This document shows, one piece after another, positions 38,207-50,093 of a stretch of DNA of 64,000 nt. Position numbers and translations under genes: made by a program. Below the pieces are notes generated by a model that ran no database searches, was not told the origin of the DNA, and worked only from the letters and a program-made list of their open reading frames with translations. How positions within the stretch are numbered: position 1 is the first letter of the stretch; each line of letters starts with the position of its first letter. This DNA is from Callorhinchus milii (taxonomy: Eukaryota): NCBI RefSeq assembly GCF_018977255.1, contig NW_024704743.1:62994001-63058000 (forward strand). Direction: 5' to 3'.

Positions 38207-38719
38207 GTACAAACATCCATTAAAAAAATGGTGAACGTTAAAAATACAGTTTATTCTGAAATTCCTGAGGAATAAAAGAAGGCTACAGAGGATGTGTTTT
38301 GCAGATGTGCGTAGCTGATAATGGGGTGAGCATCATTTTCTAGCAGCAAAACAGCTTCACAACCCAATTCTCTAAACGCAATCTTAATTTAATGGTCCGG
38401 CTTTTGATGAAGGAACAAAATAGTTTTTTTATTAAAAAAAGACTGAGCAATTTATGGAACAATAAACATAATTTTTCTTTGTAGTAAAAATGATTTGAAA
38501 TGGTGCTAATTGAACCAGTGAACACTGGTGGCTGTGGCAGTCTTATTAGTGCTATATGATATAAAAAACACATTCTATATTATAGTCCATCTCTTGTTCA
38601 TCCAGGTGACATTATATTAGCATGTCTAAGATCACAAGAGACGTTCAGATGAAATCTGCCCTTCATCCATTTGATCATATCCTTTCAGAATATTAAACAT
38701 ACTATCTTCTCACTAAAAC

Positions 38720-39330
38720 CTCAAAATGTTTCTTGAATGAGTTCCATGTCCAGTCCTCAAACACCCTTCCTGATAACCTGCTCCAGTTCTGTAAAGAAAT
38801 ACTTCTTGATATTTGTTTAAAATTTCCTTCCCAGCCTGTGGTGTCTTATCCTGCTGCCTTGGTATATCTGAAAATATTGTTCTGGGTACCTTCTCTATCC
38901 CTATTGCCAACTAATATACCTCTCGAAGGTCTCCTCTGAAACACTACGTTCAGCTTATCCAGTCATTCTTCCCAACTGCCCTCCGATACTGAGGGATCAA
39001 TCTCATGGATCTCCTCTCCACTGCCTCGAGGATCTATGTGTTATAGAGAGCAGACTGTTATGGGATACTGCACATGCTGCCTGTCCAGAGCCCTGAAAAC
39101 GTGACACAGTCATATATAACTTGCTCTGCTTATGTTCCAAAGCATACTGTAACTTGTGGCTTTTCTAATAGTTAAAAGCAGGCATCGAAGATCACAAAAT
39201 TTGGCTGGAAGAAGGTCCTTCGGTCCATCTGATCGGATCCCTCCAGAACACCCACATACCTTATCCCCATCACTGCATTAAGCTGCTTTTTAAATGAAAA
39301 GATTATGTCCATGACCTGACTTTTCAGTAT
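38720..39330 (-). mobile_element. Highly decayed CR1
   Basis: Degenerate CR1 ORF2 C-terminal and 3' motifs on the minus strand. Confidence 0.5.
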
Positions 39331-39499
39331 CTTACAGCGCATCTGCTCTCCAATGTTCCAGATATCCTTCCCTATTTTCAAAGTAACGAGAATTTCTGCA
39401 GCAGAGTCTAAATTTCAGAATCGATATGAAAAGTGATCATTAATTACAATTCTACCCTTGAATTGCTGCTCCACTGTCTTGCTCTGTCACAATTCCTCT

Positions 39500-40290
39500 G
39501 TGAGTGGTGGCATTTCTCTTACTGTGAAGAGGACAGCAAGTGACTTTAAAAGGACAATAGCCAGACTAGTAGATAGAGATGGTAGATGAAATTTAATGGA
39601 GAAAGGTGTCATTTTGGGAGGAAGATTAAAATACGGAAATATGCATTAGATAGTAAAATTTTAAAAGGAGTGGAAGAGCAGAGAAGCCTGGGATTAATAT
39701 GCACACATTTTAATTATAAAAGGGCAAGGTTGGCAAAGCTATAAAAATGGTACAATGATGCCATATAGAGAGGGTGCAGAGGAGATTCACTGAGATTATA
39801 CCAGGGACGAGAGATCTAATGTGTAAGGAGACACTGGGGGTGATGGGATTGTTTTCATTAGAACAGAGAAATTGAGAGGAGACGTCCATAAAGGTTTTTA
39901 AAATGATGAGGGGAGAAATAAGTCAGTGACTCAAGGGCCTTTTTAAGTAGATTTTGAGATAAATACGATTTACAACAACAACAAATTACATTTGTATACC
40001 GCCTTTCATGTCAGGAGGATATCCCAAGGTGCTGGGATTTAAGATTTAAGGTAAATATCAAGAGGGGAAAGAAAGAGTTTAAGACATTTTTTTCACATAG
40101 AGGATCGTGATATGGAACATCCTACCAGGCATGGTAGTTGAGGCAGAATCTACATTAACGTTTAAGAGTGAATGAGATAAATAAAAGTATGAGAAGTAAG
40201 ATAAAAGAATATGAGGAAAAGGCTAGGGAATGGGACTAAACGGGTAGCTCTTTCAGAAAAACAGCATAGGTAGGAGGGGCTGATTGGGGC
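39500..40290 (+). mobile_element. Decayed CR1 with a nested L2 tail (39973-40036, minus)
   Basis: RW-MKFNGE, ERVQRRFT and LFSLEQR motifs, CR1 3' UTR. Confidence 0.8.
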
Positions 40291-40299
40291 ATATGTGGC

Positions 40300-40600
40300 A
40301 GGGTGAAAATGGTAGGCAAACTAAACATATCTCTGTTTACTTGGCAGTAAGTAGAAACCTGCTTGTTAGTCGACTTGCGGATCGTTTTTCAGGGGTAATA
40401 ACCCCTTCAAAATAAATAAATAAACAAATAAGTATATAAACTATTTATCTCTTTGTGGGACACTGCTGTGCGCAATTGGCTGCCACGTTTCACTCACAAA
40501 ATACAGTCAATTCACTTACAGTAAATCCTGTGAAGCCCTTTGAGATGGCTCAACAATGTGATAAGGCGCTATATCAAATGCAAGGATTATTATTATTATT
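40300..40600 (+). mobile_element. Family-B SINE, head lost
   Basis: CTCTGTTTACTTGGCAGTAAGTAG central domain and (ATT)n tail. Confidence 0.85.
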
Positions 40601-41311
40601 GACCTCCGCTGCTGTAAATTTCTACATCTAAAATGATACCCTAACCCTCAGAGCGCTCTTGTTGAGTGTCAGTAGGCGAACAGCAATAACATGTAAATCT
40701 TAGGACAAGGAGTGTGGCTTCTTCACACTGAAGGCAGTAAAAGGGAAAATAATCGGGTGTGGAGACTATTGGCTAAAATGACTGCATGTGGAAACAAAGA
40801 AGAGTCCTGGGTAGCAGATGCCGAAAGCAGTGCCATGACAACAGGTGCCTGATGGTTCGTCTTATGTTTCCAATCACTTGCGGCGCCCTGCTCAGCTCTG
40901 CATATTTCAGGCACTAAAACACTTGGAAGCGGAGTTATTCTTCCCTTGTTGGGTAAATTTACTGACCTTTGGCGGCATGTGCTTTTAACGGGACTTAAAC
41001 ACACAGGGTCAAAGGTCGATAAATTTACCAACAAGCAGAGAATAACTCCAAAATTTCTCCTTGTGATAGGTGATTTTTTAATGACTTTTGAGTTTCTGTC
41101 AAAATCCATTTATTCAGCAGTACACTCTAGCTAAGTTGCTTACGTCTATCATTGTTGCTGTTGACTGTAGATTTAGGATCCTATTAATGTAGAGAGACTG
41201 TGTGATGTGCTCTTAGTATGGACCATTAATTAGATTACGGGTGAGCATAAAGAACGATTAGATGAAAAGTGTTGTTACAAACCTCAATAAACTCCCATTC
41301 ATTCCCCTCAG

Positions 41312-41405
41312 GAAACTCTTGTTCTGCATCGGAGCTGCAGCTGTGAACTCAAGAGAATCCCAGGCAACTGCTGAAAATAAACCACCAAATATTAAACAGA
41401 TAAAT
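41312..41405 (+). CDS. Candidate exon KLLFCIGAAAVNSRESQATAENKPPNIKQIN
   Basis: CTCCCATTCATTCCCCTCAG| acceptor, AAT|GTAAGT donor, open phase-2 frame. Confidence 0.25.
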
Positions 41406-41481
41406 GTAAGTGCACGTACTGGCAATAAAAAAACTTAAATTTCTCTTTATCTATCTGTCAGCACACCATGGATTGTCTTAC

Positions 41482-41494
41482 CATCCAGCTTCAC
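41482..41494 (-). CDS. Candidate 13-nt microexon GTGAAGCTGGATG
   Basis: ~50-nt pyrimidine-rich tract ending CACACAAG|, followed 13 nt later by ATG|GTAAGA. Confidence 0.3.
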
Positions 41495-44400
41495 CTTGTG
41501 TGGGGAAGGAGGAAAAAACACAGGGTAGAAAGAGCCACAATAAACACAACCCTTTGAGTTCTTTATTTTCTAAGACTGTAGCCTGATGTTAGGCTTTTCT
41601 CTCTCCCCTCCTTGCCTCTCCCGGTAGTCACTAATGTAATAAGGGTTGTAATTCATTAAACCAATAAGCCAACCCACTACCTTTTTGGCATCAGGTGGTT
41701 CATTGCTATGGGGATGATTCCAGCAGTCAGTCACTCACTCATGGTAAAGAGCAAGTGACATGACTATGGGCGAGCAGTGTGGTAATGGCTCAATGGAATG
41801 TCACAATCTACGCATTCATTTCCTGTGTACATGGTGGTGGTAAAATATTTGGCTGAAAAGCTGTGGTTGTCAGGAAAAGTCACAATCACTGAGCTGCTGG
41901 TTCATAGAGTCCCGCAAGCTTTCGTCTGACTTTGAAATATCTCTGTGCCTTTGACGTGTCAGTTTGAAAAGGTTAATATATTGACACATATGTTCGGATA
42001 TAGAGTGGTCGTTCAATGAGCAAAGAACTACCTATGCCTTATTTTTTAAATTGAGACATCTAATGAAGGCCAAGCCCCATAATATTTGACACTGGGCAAG
42101 AATGAAAAGAGCAAAAGAGGGACTGAGCTGAACAGAGAAGCAGTGGTTAGGTGATTCCAATGTTAGGATTTGAAAGGAATGCAGTTTTAGGAGAAAGAGA
42201 AGACTGAGGGGGTAAGAAGCTCCGCAGTCTTTAAGTGCTGGATAAGAATGAATTATAAAAGCAGACAATGTCACACAGGGTTAAGACAGTTAATATATCA
42301 TCCTAAAATTAGTGCAAAGATGATCGGACGTGAGATCAAAAGATTTTTTTCACACGATGGAAAGAAATATGCTGCCCTAGAAGGTGTAGATTGCAGCCTC
42401 AATCACATGTTTTAAACGGGAGATAAGATACCTGGAAGTAAAGGTGTTAAGAGATATGGAGAAAAAAAATTAGAGCAATGAGACTGAAAGATAAAATAGC
42501 ATTTAATAATCCTTGTATTTGATATAGCGTCTTTCACATTGGGTGGACATCCCAAAATGCTTCACAAAATTTACTGCAAAGTACAGTGACTGAGTAGTTT
42601 TGCAGGCAAACAGTATCTACTGTGATCTAATACAATGGCCCAACAGGCCTGATGGACTGAATGGCCTTCTCCTGTTCCTATGCTCTTTGAATGAGTTTAT
42701 TTTATACAGCGTAGTGCAGGGAGGAGGAAGAACATGTAGGCTGTTACACTTGGAGCTTAGGGGGAACAAACAAAGAATTTGATCTTTTGTATTTCATAAA
42801 GTGCCTTATCACTTCTTTGATAGTCTCAAAGCACTTCACAAAATATACTGTAAAGTAGTGTTAGTAAATCAAAGAGAGATGACAACAATTCCTCCTGGTT
42901 GAATATTTTGACGCTGCAGAGTAATTTTATAGAGCGTGCTATCCCTCTCAGTGCAGAGAGCACTAGGCAGTGCTCAACCATGTTAGAGCTCACTGACAGC
43001 CAAGCACAGTCACTTCCTCTTCAATTAATCACCTGTCAGATGCAAAATTCTATTCACTTATCAGGAATGCACAGCGATGAGTAAGAGGTTGTGTTGCACA
43101 ATTGCTTGCGTCTGTGCTTTCAATTGTAACGGAAGATCTTCCCAATTGTGAGCTGTTCCTTTTATTGCAATTTAGAGAAAATAGCAAAAAGCATTCCAAT
43201 ACATAATGTAGAAGGTGACTGTCCAGTTGGAGGCGTAGTCATGATCAAAATCCAAAATATGGAAGCAATCTAATTGCAGGAATAGGACATTTTATTAATT
43301 AGAAATTCCATCGAAATTATTCGGTTAATAGGAATCGATGATTAGCAGGGACGACTACCGTAGGTGTGTGTATGTAGGATAGGAGGAATGCAAATTTTCG
43401 GGATTTCAACAGAATATAGATACTTTCTTCATTCTTTGCTGCATAGCACTGGGATTGCTTATAATAGTATTAACATCATTTTTCTCGGGTATTATGGTCT
43501 TTACGGCCCTGAGGGTCTCATTACTGTCCTTCACTTTGCCGGGGTCGGTAATGAGCTCCTCAGGGCTGGTAATGACCATTGTGTCCTCCAAAACCATGCG
43601 AGTCCTGTTTTCTAAGAGAAATTAATTTGCAGAAGTTTATTTATTCTGTGTCAGTGAGCATTATTGTCACTGGCCAGACGAGTGATAATTCCCTTGAGTG
43701 GAAAGTCAATCCAAAAAAAAAGACAACACACTTGAGGGAATTATCACTTACTGGTCTGCACCATGCGCCACATTGCACGATGTCTTTAATCACGACCCAA
43801 ACAATGCCCTGTTGAGTCGGGTGCAAAATGGCACCTGTGGTGATGACTTGCGGGTGTTCTTCCACATGACACAACTCGTCCAACTGCACACCATCGCGAG
43901 GGAGACTTGCGCAGTGATGCCTGGATTGGAGCATTTCCATTATGAGAGTGGAGATTTGCCCTCAGTTTACACAGACACAATGGGGTGACTGGCCTTCTTA
44001 CTGCTTTAAATTTTTATGGCTCCAATTTTTTGGAACTGTAAAAAGATGCCTTTTTAGGCATTTTTCTAGTTCCCTTTTGAAAGCTAATGTGGATTCTGCC
44101 TGAACCACCACGCCCGGAAGAACATTTCATATCCTAACCACTCTGTGTGTAAAACCAATTCTCCTAACTTCCCCATTTGCTTGTTTGCTAACTGTCTTAA
44201 ATGAATGCCCTCTAGTCACTGAGTTCCATTAATTGGAAATAATGCCCTCTGAGGGCATCAGTAAAAATGATTTCTCCCCGTTGCCTTCGTTCAATTACAT
44301 AGAATTACATAGATTGTACAGCACCGAAACAGTAAATATTAATAATAAATAATAATAATCTTGCATTTGATATAAATAATAGTAATCCTTGCATTTGTTA

Positions 44401-44559
44401 TAGAGCTTTTCATGTCTTCTAGACTCTCAAAGCGCTTCACAGAATATACTGTAAAGTGAATTGACTGTATATTTGTGGGCGAATATAGCACTTCATCATG
44501 TCGTCGATAAAACTGAGCTCCAAGGCCGCAAGAAGTTTCAACCACACAGAATCCCAAGG

Positions 44560-45553
44560 GAGATTTGCATGAGTAATGCATGAGATCGAGATTGAGAACT
44601 ACAGAGAGATTTCACTGATTTCAGTGGGTCTTAAAATAGTGCTTTGGGTAGTCACTGCACCTGTGTTGCATTGCATTGGAGCAGGCTGGCTTCTGTTCTC
44701 GTGAGGAATGTGTGGGATAGGTTGTGGCTTTGTATGAGATCACAGAACGTCATAAGGGGAAGAGGAAATCCACTTATGTTTCAGTCATCGACTTCTGCAA
44801 AGCTTTTGACCTAAAGCCTCATGAGACCCTCATGATCAAACTGAAAGCTAAGGGAATGCATGGCTGAATCCTGGATTTTATCCGGAATGTGTATTCCAGC
44901 TCCAAGATCTGTGTAAGGGTTGATGGTGGACCCACTGAGCCCATCTCTCTTGAAATGGAGGTAAGGCAAGGCTGCCCATTGTCACCCATCCTGTTTGTTG
45001 TATTCAAATCAATGATGTTTTGGATGGCAGCGATGGGAAAGGACTTGGTGTATCTGTTCCAGGCCTTCCTGTTTGTGATGATATTGTGCTGCAACTGGAC
45101 TCACCTGGGGACCATCTGCGCTGCACCCACCATCTTGAACACTGGGCCACCCAGTGGGACATGATGGTGAGTGCCCCCAAGTGCAGAATCATAGGTAGAC
45201 CAGTCACTGGGGGCAGAGAATCCTCCCACTCAGCTCCTGTTAATCCTGCAAGCCAAAGGGTGGTCCTAACTGGACAAGTATACCAGACAGCCATATAAAT
45301 GGCTGAAAGTACCCCAACTCACACTCTGGGGTCTCCAAGCCTTGGCTCTGGCCAACCTGAATAGGTAAGCAAGATGAGCACTTTCCAGAATTAGGTAAGC
45401 AAGATGAGTCCAAAGAGAGAGTGCACATTCCATTCTAATAAATATCTCTGGAATTTCCATGTGTAGGGGGGACGGATGGAACTGGGTTTGGTTTGGATAA
45501 GCCTGGTGAAGGGTTTCTGCATGAGTCAGACACCCAGCTGACCAAAATAAAAT
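44560..45553 (+). mobile_element. Decayed non-LTR RT element (not CR1/L2), copy 2
   Basis: ENYREISLISVGLK, EQAGFCSREECVG, VIDFCKAFD, VRQGCPLSPILF, GLGVSVPGL, DDIVL, HWATQWDMMVSAPKC; A-rich 3' end. Confidence 0.88.
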
Positions 45554-46039
45554 CATGTCGTCAAACCAAAACCCTTACCTCCCTCCTCAAGGAGGATAGT
45601 CACAAGTTGATCATTTGACCATCCGATAAGCACTATCCACAAAGCTTCCCATTCCTTGCCCTATCAGGACACCCTTAGCCGTTTGGAGTTTGACTTACAG
45701 AGTTGACAGGAACCGATTGGGAATAGTCCCGCTGATGAGCCAGGCTGATTGGTCTGTCACCAGAAGTACCCTGGATTACTGCAGACCCATCCGATTCAGG
45801 AACCGGACTACCAAAAGTTCCACAGAAGATTGACTTGTGTCCGATACCTGTCACGTCATCTTGGAGCCTCCATAATTCTAACACAGCTCAGAATTCTGTG
45901 AGAATATAAAAGGCATAATTTGATTTTTCTACTTCTGTTCAGAGATCTTAAGCGTTGCTCAAACAGATAAGAGACAAAAAGGAGGGAGAACAAAGAATAA
46001 TGCTCTACCAAAAACACTGTCTGAATCAGGATCCTAATC

Positions 46040-46660
46040 CTTTTTTAGAGGGAATTAGACAGATATTCTAAAAGGAAAAATGTAAAAGGTTATCTGGAAA
46101 AGTCAGGTAAGTGGAGACAAACAGATAGCTCTTTAAAGACCCAGCAAAGGCACGATGGCCAAATGGGCCTCTTCCCTGCTTTAAAATTCGATGGTTCTGT
46201 AAGTATTCTGTAACATTTTTCTTAGAAATAAAACTATAGAAATTTACAATGCAGAAGAAGGCCATTTGGCTCATCGTGTCTGTGCTGGCTCATCCTTTCA
46301 GTCCCATTATAATAATAATAATAATATTACCTGCCCTTTCCCCATACCCTTGTAGTTTACTCCTTTTTAGGTATTTATCTTGTCCCCTTTTGAAAGCTAA
46401 TATGGATTCTGCCTCAATCACCACTCCCACCAGGGTGTTACATATCCTAACTGCTCTGCATGAAAAACTTCTCGTAATCACTAACTATCTTAAATTGATG
46501 CCCTCTCACCAATCAGTAGAAATAATTTCTCCCCATTGACTCGATCAAAACTCCTCATAATTTTAAGGACCTCTATTCGGCCCCCCATTTTGTTCCAATG
46601 GAAGCAGTTGCAGTTTCTCCAGCCTGTTCATAAGCTAATCCACTCATCCCTGGAAATATA
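46040..46660. mobile_element. Two CR1 3' fragments tail-to-tail (46040-46205 plus; 46235-46660 minus)
   Basis: GATGGCCAAATGGGCCTCTTCC on plus; AESILAFKRGQDKYLK on minus. Confidence 0.75.
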
Positions 46661-47019
46661 TATTTTTGACCCTGCTTTTGTCAGCACACCCAATACTCTT
46701 TAATCACTGCTTGCTATCATGCCTGTTAAGCTCTTCAAGGAACTCATCTTCTGTGAAAGGCTTGATATAATTGTGAGGTATTTTTGTTGTTAAATGGCAA
46801 AGTCAGAACTTGTGTTGTCACAGATCTTTGGGTTAAAAACAGTGACTGGGTTATTTTGTTTGTGCAGAGGTTTTACATGACATACTAGGTACAAGCCACT
46901 ACCTCCATCAGGCAGGAGAACAGGGACAGAGGCCACTGATACTTGCCATGAGAAAACCAGAACTGGTCTCACCAGTTTTTATCTCCTGCTTCCAATAATA
47001 TGACAGTTTGCTCCTGTGC

Positions 47020-47053
47020 AGTGCTCCATCTAGTGATGTTAGTGGGAACTGCA
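47020..47053 (-). promoter_or_regulatory. CTCF-like site with upstream (U) motif
   Basis: Minus strand TGCAGTTCC-CACTAACA-TCACTAGATGGAGC: U motif at the usual spacing, core with two mismatches. Confidence 0.45.
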
Positions 47054-48124
47054 AATTGACCCATGGTGATACCAGAAGGATCTGTCAGTCAAAGATGGGC
47101 TTCATGAACATAAGAAACCATGGCCCAAGAAAAGGCCATTCAGCCTAACAAGTCCTCAACGTCTATGATAAACTGACTCCGTTATGAACTTCACCACTCT
47201 TTTTTCTCCTCTGGGAAAGTTCAGCACAGAGACTCCCTGATCCCTGAAATCATAGATGCATGGAATTTTTCAGCAGAACAGAAGGCCATCCAGCCCATCG
47301 TGCTTTTGCTAGCTCTCTATAGTAGCCATTTGTTGTCAAACTCCAATAATAATCTTACATTTACTCACTCTAGTTACTGACTCACTGTTCAAAGTCAATC
47401 AAGCAACTACATTTACAATATCCTTGTAATCTGACATCTGTCGCTCTCAAGCCGGCTTTTCTTCTCTCCACAGATAACATTCCACACTCAATACATCAGA
47501 GTCGTGTGAATAATTTGTTCTATGCTGCATATGGTCCAGAACAAAGGTGAAGAAAATAAGTCAGTGTTGATGCTTGTATCAAAATCAGGGCCTCTTCTCC
47601 AGCTTCCCCCTGTGTTTGGGCTGTACCTCTCAAGAGTACACGATCACCAGTTAGTCGAAGGTTGAATGCCACCAAGTTAGGAACTGAGTGTGATCCATTG
47701 AGGATAACAGTGCCTAAATCCACTGCTAGAAAAAAATAGAATTCAAATTTAAGTCTTTTTCTATGGAGCTCAACACTTCAGTGATCACAGTGCATTTGTG
47801 CGTGTGTGCACATGCATGTGCATTTCCATGCATGTATTTTCCTCTTAGTGGTGTTGAACAAAATACTCAAACACAGTCGCCAGCACAAAATGTTTCCAGC
47901 AGGAAATCCCCTGTACATTACACCAACTTGCGAGGCTTCAGCTGTGAGATCTCACTGCAACCAAGTCTCACAGTTCAGCGTGACGTACAAGGGTTATTCT
48001 CCTGATTAAGACAGTTTATGTTCCGGTGGGAATACAGGAACTTGAGCAGGCCATTCATCCACTAGTCTGTTAGAATCATGGTGGATCTTTTAATCCCATT
48101 TCTCTGCCTTTTCTCCATACTCCG

Positions 48125-48437
48125 TAATAATAATAATCCTTACATTTGGTATAGAACCTTTGATTTCAGGAAGATATCCCAAAGCATGCGGCAGGATATA
48201 CTGTAAAGTGGAGTGACTGTGGTTTCTCTTTGTGTGGATAAACATGGCAGCCAATTTGCACACAGCAATGCCTACAACCAGCAATGAAGTGAAAGACTAG
48301 TTTGTATTTTGGGGGATTGTTGGCCAGAACACCAGGACAAACTTCCTTCTCTTTTTGAATAGTGCCATGGGATCTTTAATGTCCATCTGAACAGGCAGAC
48401 AGAACCTTGGTTTAACGTCTCAGTCGAAGGACAGGAC
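48125..48437 (-). mobile_element. Deu-domain SINE (family A), head lost
   Basis: AATAGTGCCATGGGATCTTTAATGTCCATCTGAACAGGCAGAC. Confidence 0.85.
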
Positions 48438-48499
48438 TCTTATTTTCCAAGTAACTAAATTTCTCTTTTAAACATCCCAATTGATTCTGTTCTACGACC

Positions 48500-48836
48500 T
48501 TCTGGGGCTTCACAGAATAGACTGCAAAGTGAATTGACTGTATATTTTGTGGATGGAACAAGGCGTCCACTTGCACACAGCAGTGTCCCACAAACAATCG
48601 TGGATTGAGTGACCCAAATTTTTTTTTAATTTACAATTTTTTGGGGGGGAGATGGATTATTAGCCCCGGAAAAGCGAACGGCCAATCGACTAACAACCGG
48701 GTTCCTACTTACTGCTAGGTAATCAGAGGAGTGTGGAGTAAGGAAACTTGCCCAGGTTTTTGGCCTGCCGGAAATCAAACCCAAGTCCTCTCACTTGCGA
48801 GGTGAGTGCTCTAACTACTAAGCTACAGGACTCCAC
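48500..48836 (-). mobile_element. Family-B SINE
   Basis: Reverse tRNA head (GCTACAGGACTCCAC) and central domain. Confidence 0.88.
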
Positions 48837-49339
48837 ACATTAACACATATTAACATGGGTGAAAGGCCAAGACACATATGATGCAGTTTGCCCTCACTGG
48901 GATTAAAGAGTAGAGAACATTGTATAAGTCAGCAACATCCAAGTGATGTCAAGCTTAGAACTAAGGAGTGTCCATTCTTGAGGTCCTGGGCAGAAATGAG
49001 TTAGAGTAGGAAACAGGAACGATTTTTAATTACCAGACAATGAGGATGCAGGAAGAAACAACAAATTTACATTTATATAGCACCTTTCATGTCGGAAAGA
49101 CATTCCAAAGTGCTGGAAGATCGAGTGTGCATGCAATGAATATGACCAGTGGGAATATGATTCTTATTCCTAAAATTGACTTTGGTCCAACAATGATCAT
49201 CCATTGCCCAAGTGTGTACTCGAGGGACATTTTCATCTTTGAAAAGCCACGTTTCTCTCCAAAATGTTAGGCTTTTTGTACAGATAACAGAGCATGAGTG
49301 GACAGCCACCCCCATTGCACTAAGGGTTCAGTGAGCGCA

Positions 49340-49520
49340 ATAATAAATTGGTCATTTTCAATCCATGACTGTTTGTGGGACATTGCTGTGCGCAATTTGC
49401 TGCCGCGTTTTGCCCACAAATATACAGTCAATTCACTTTACAGTATATTCTGTGAAGTGCTTTGGGACGTCTAGAAGACATGAAAAGCGCTATATCAAAT
49501 GCAAGGATTATTATTATTAT
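49340..49520 (+). mobile_element. Family-B SINE 3' half
   Basis: Near-identical to 27020-27205. Confidence 0.88.
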
Positions 49521-50087
49521 GACAGAGAGAGAGAGAGAGGTGACAAACCTGATGGAAAAACTAGACGAAAAATTTGAAGGAGCAATGGCCATGGCAGTGT
49601 TGCTAAAATGCAAGGATGCAATGAAGATTGAAAGTTTTAAAGCAAGAGTGTAAGATTAATATTTTCCAGAATTTAGACTGCTACAAAAGTAGAGATCTAT
49701 TTTCTACTTTAATAGCATTTACACCAATCTTAAAGAGGAAAATGATTTGCATGAAAACAATGGAGTGTAAATAGGGGTACTAGAGATTGAAATTGAAAGA
49801 TTACTAATGGGATTACTTTATTAAGAAATCCTATATTATATCCTATATTCTATATTATATCCCCTGTTATATGGTACCAACATCTACATCTACTTCATTT
49901 AAGTAGCTATGTAACATACTATGAACATTACCTTGCCACAATACCTTGCCAAGCCTGCTCCAGTGCATCTCTCTGCTATCACAAGCACAAGCACACATGC
50001 TCTCACACAAAAACCATCTGACAAATGTTTGTCGACACACAGAGGCAGACGCTATCTCGGTTATTTCCATTCTCATACTATACTTAC

Positions 50088-50093
50088 TCTCCT
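50088..50093 (-). CDS. Candidate 6-nt microexon AGGAGA
   Basis: CTGATTTCCTTCTACTTCAG|AGGAGA|GTAAGTAT on the minus strand. Confidence 0.25.

Noticed and set aside
45720..45790. CTGATGA hammerhead core (also at 1378, 58194, 61343)
   Set aside because: No stem II followed by GAAA and no closing stems.
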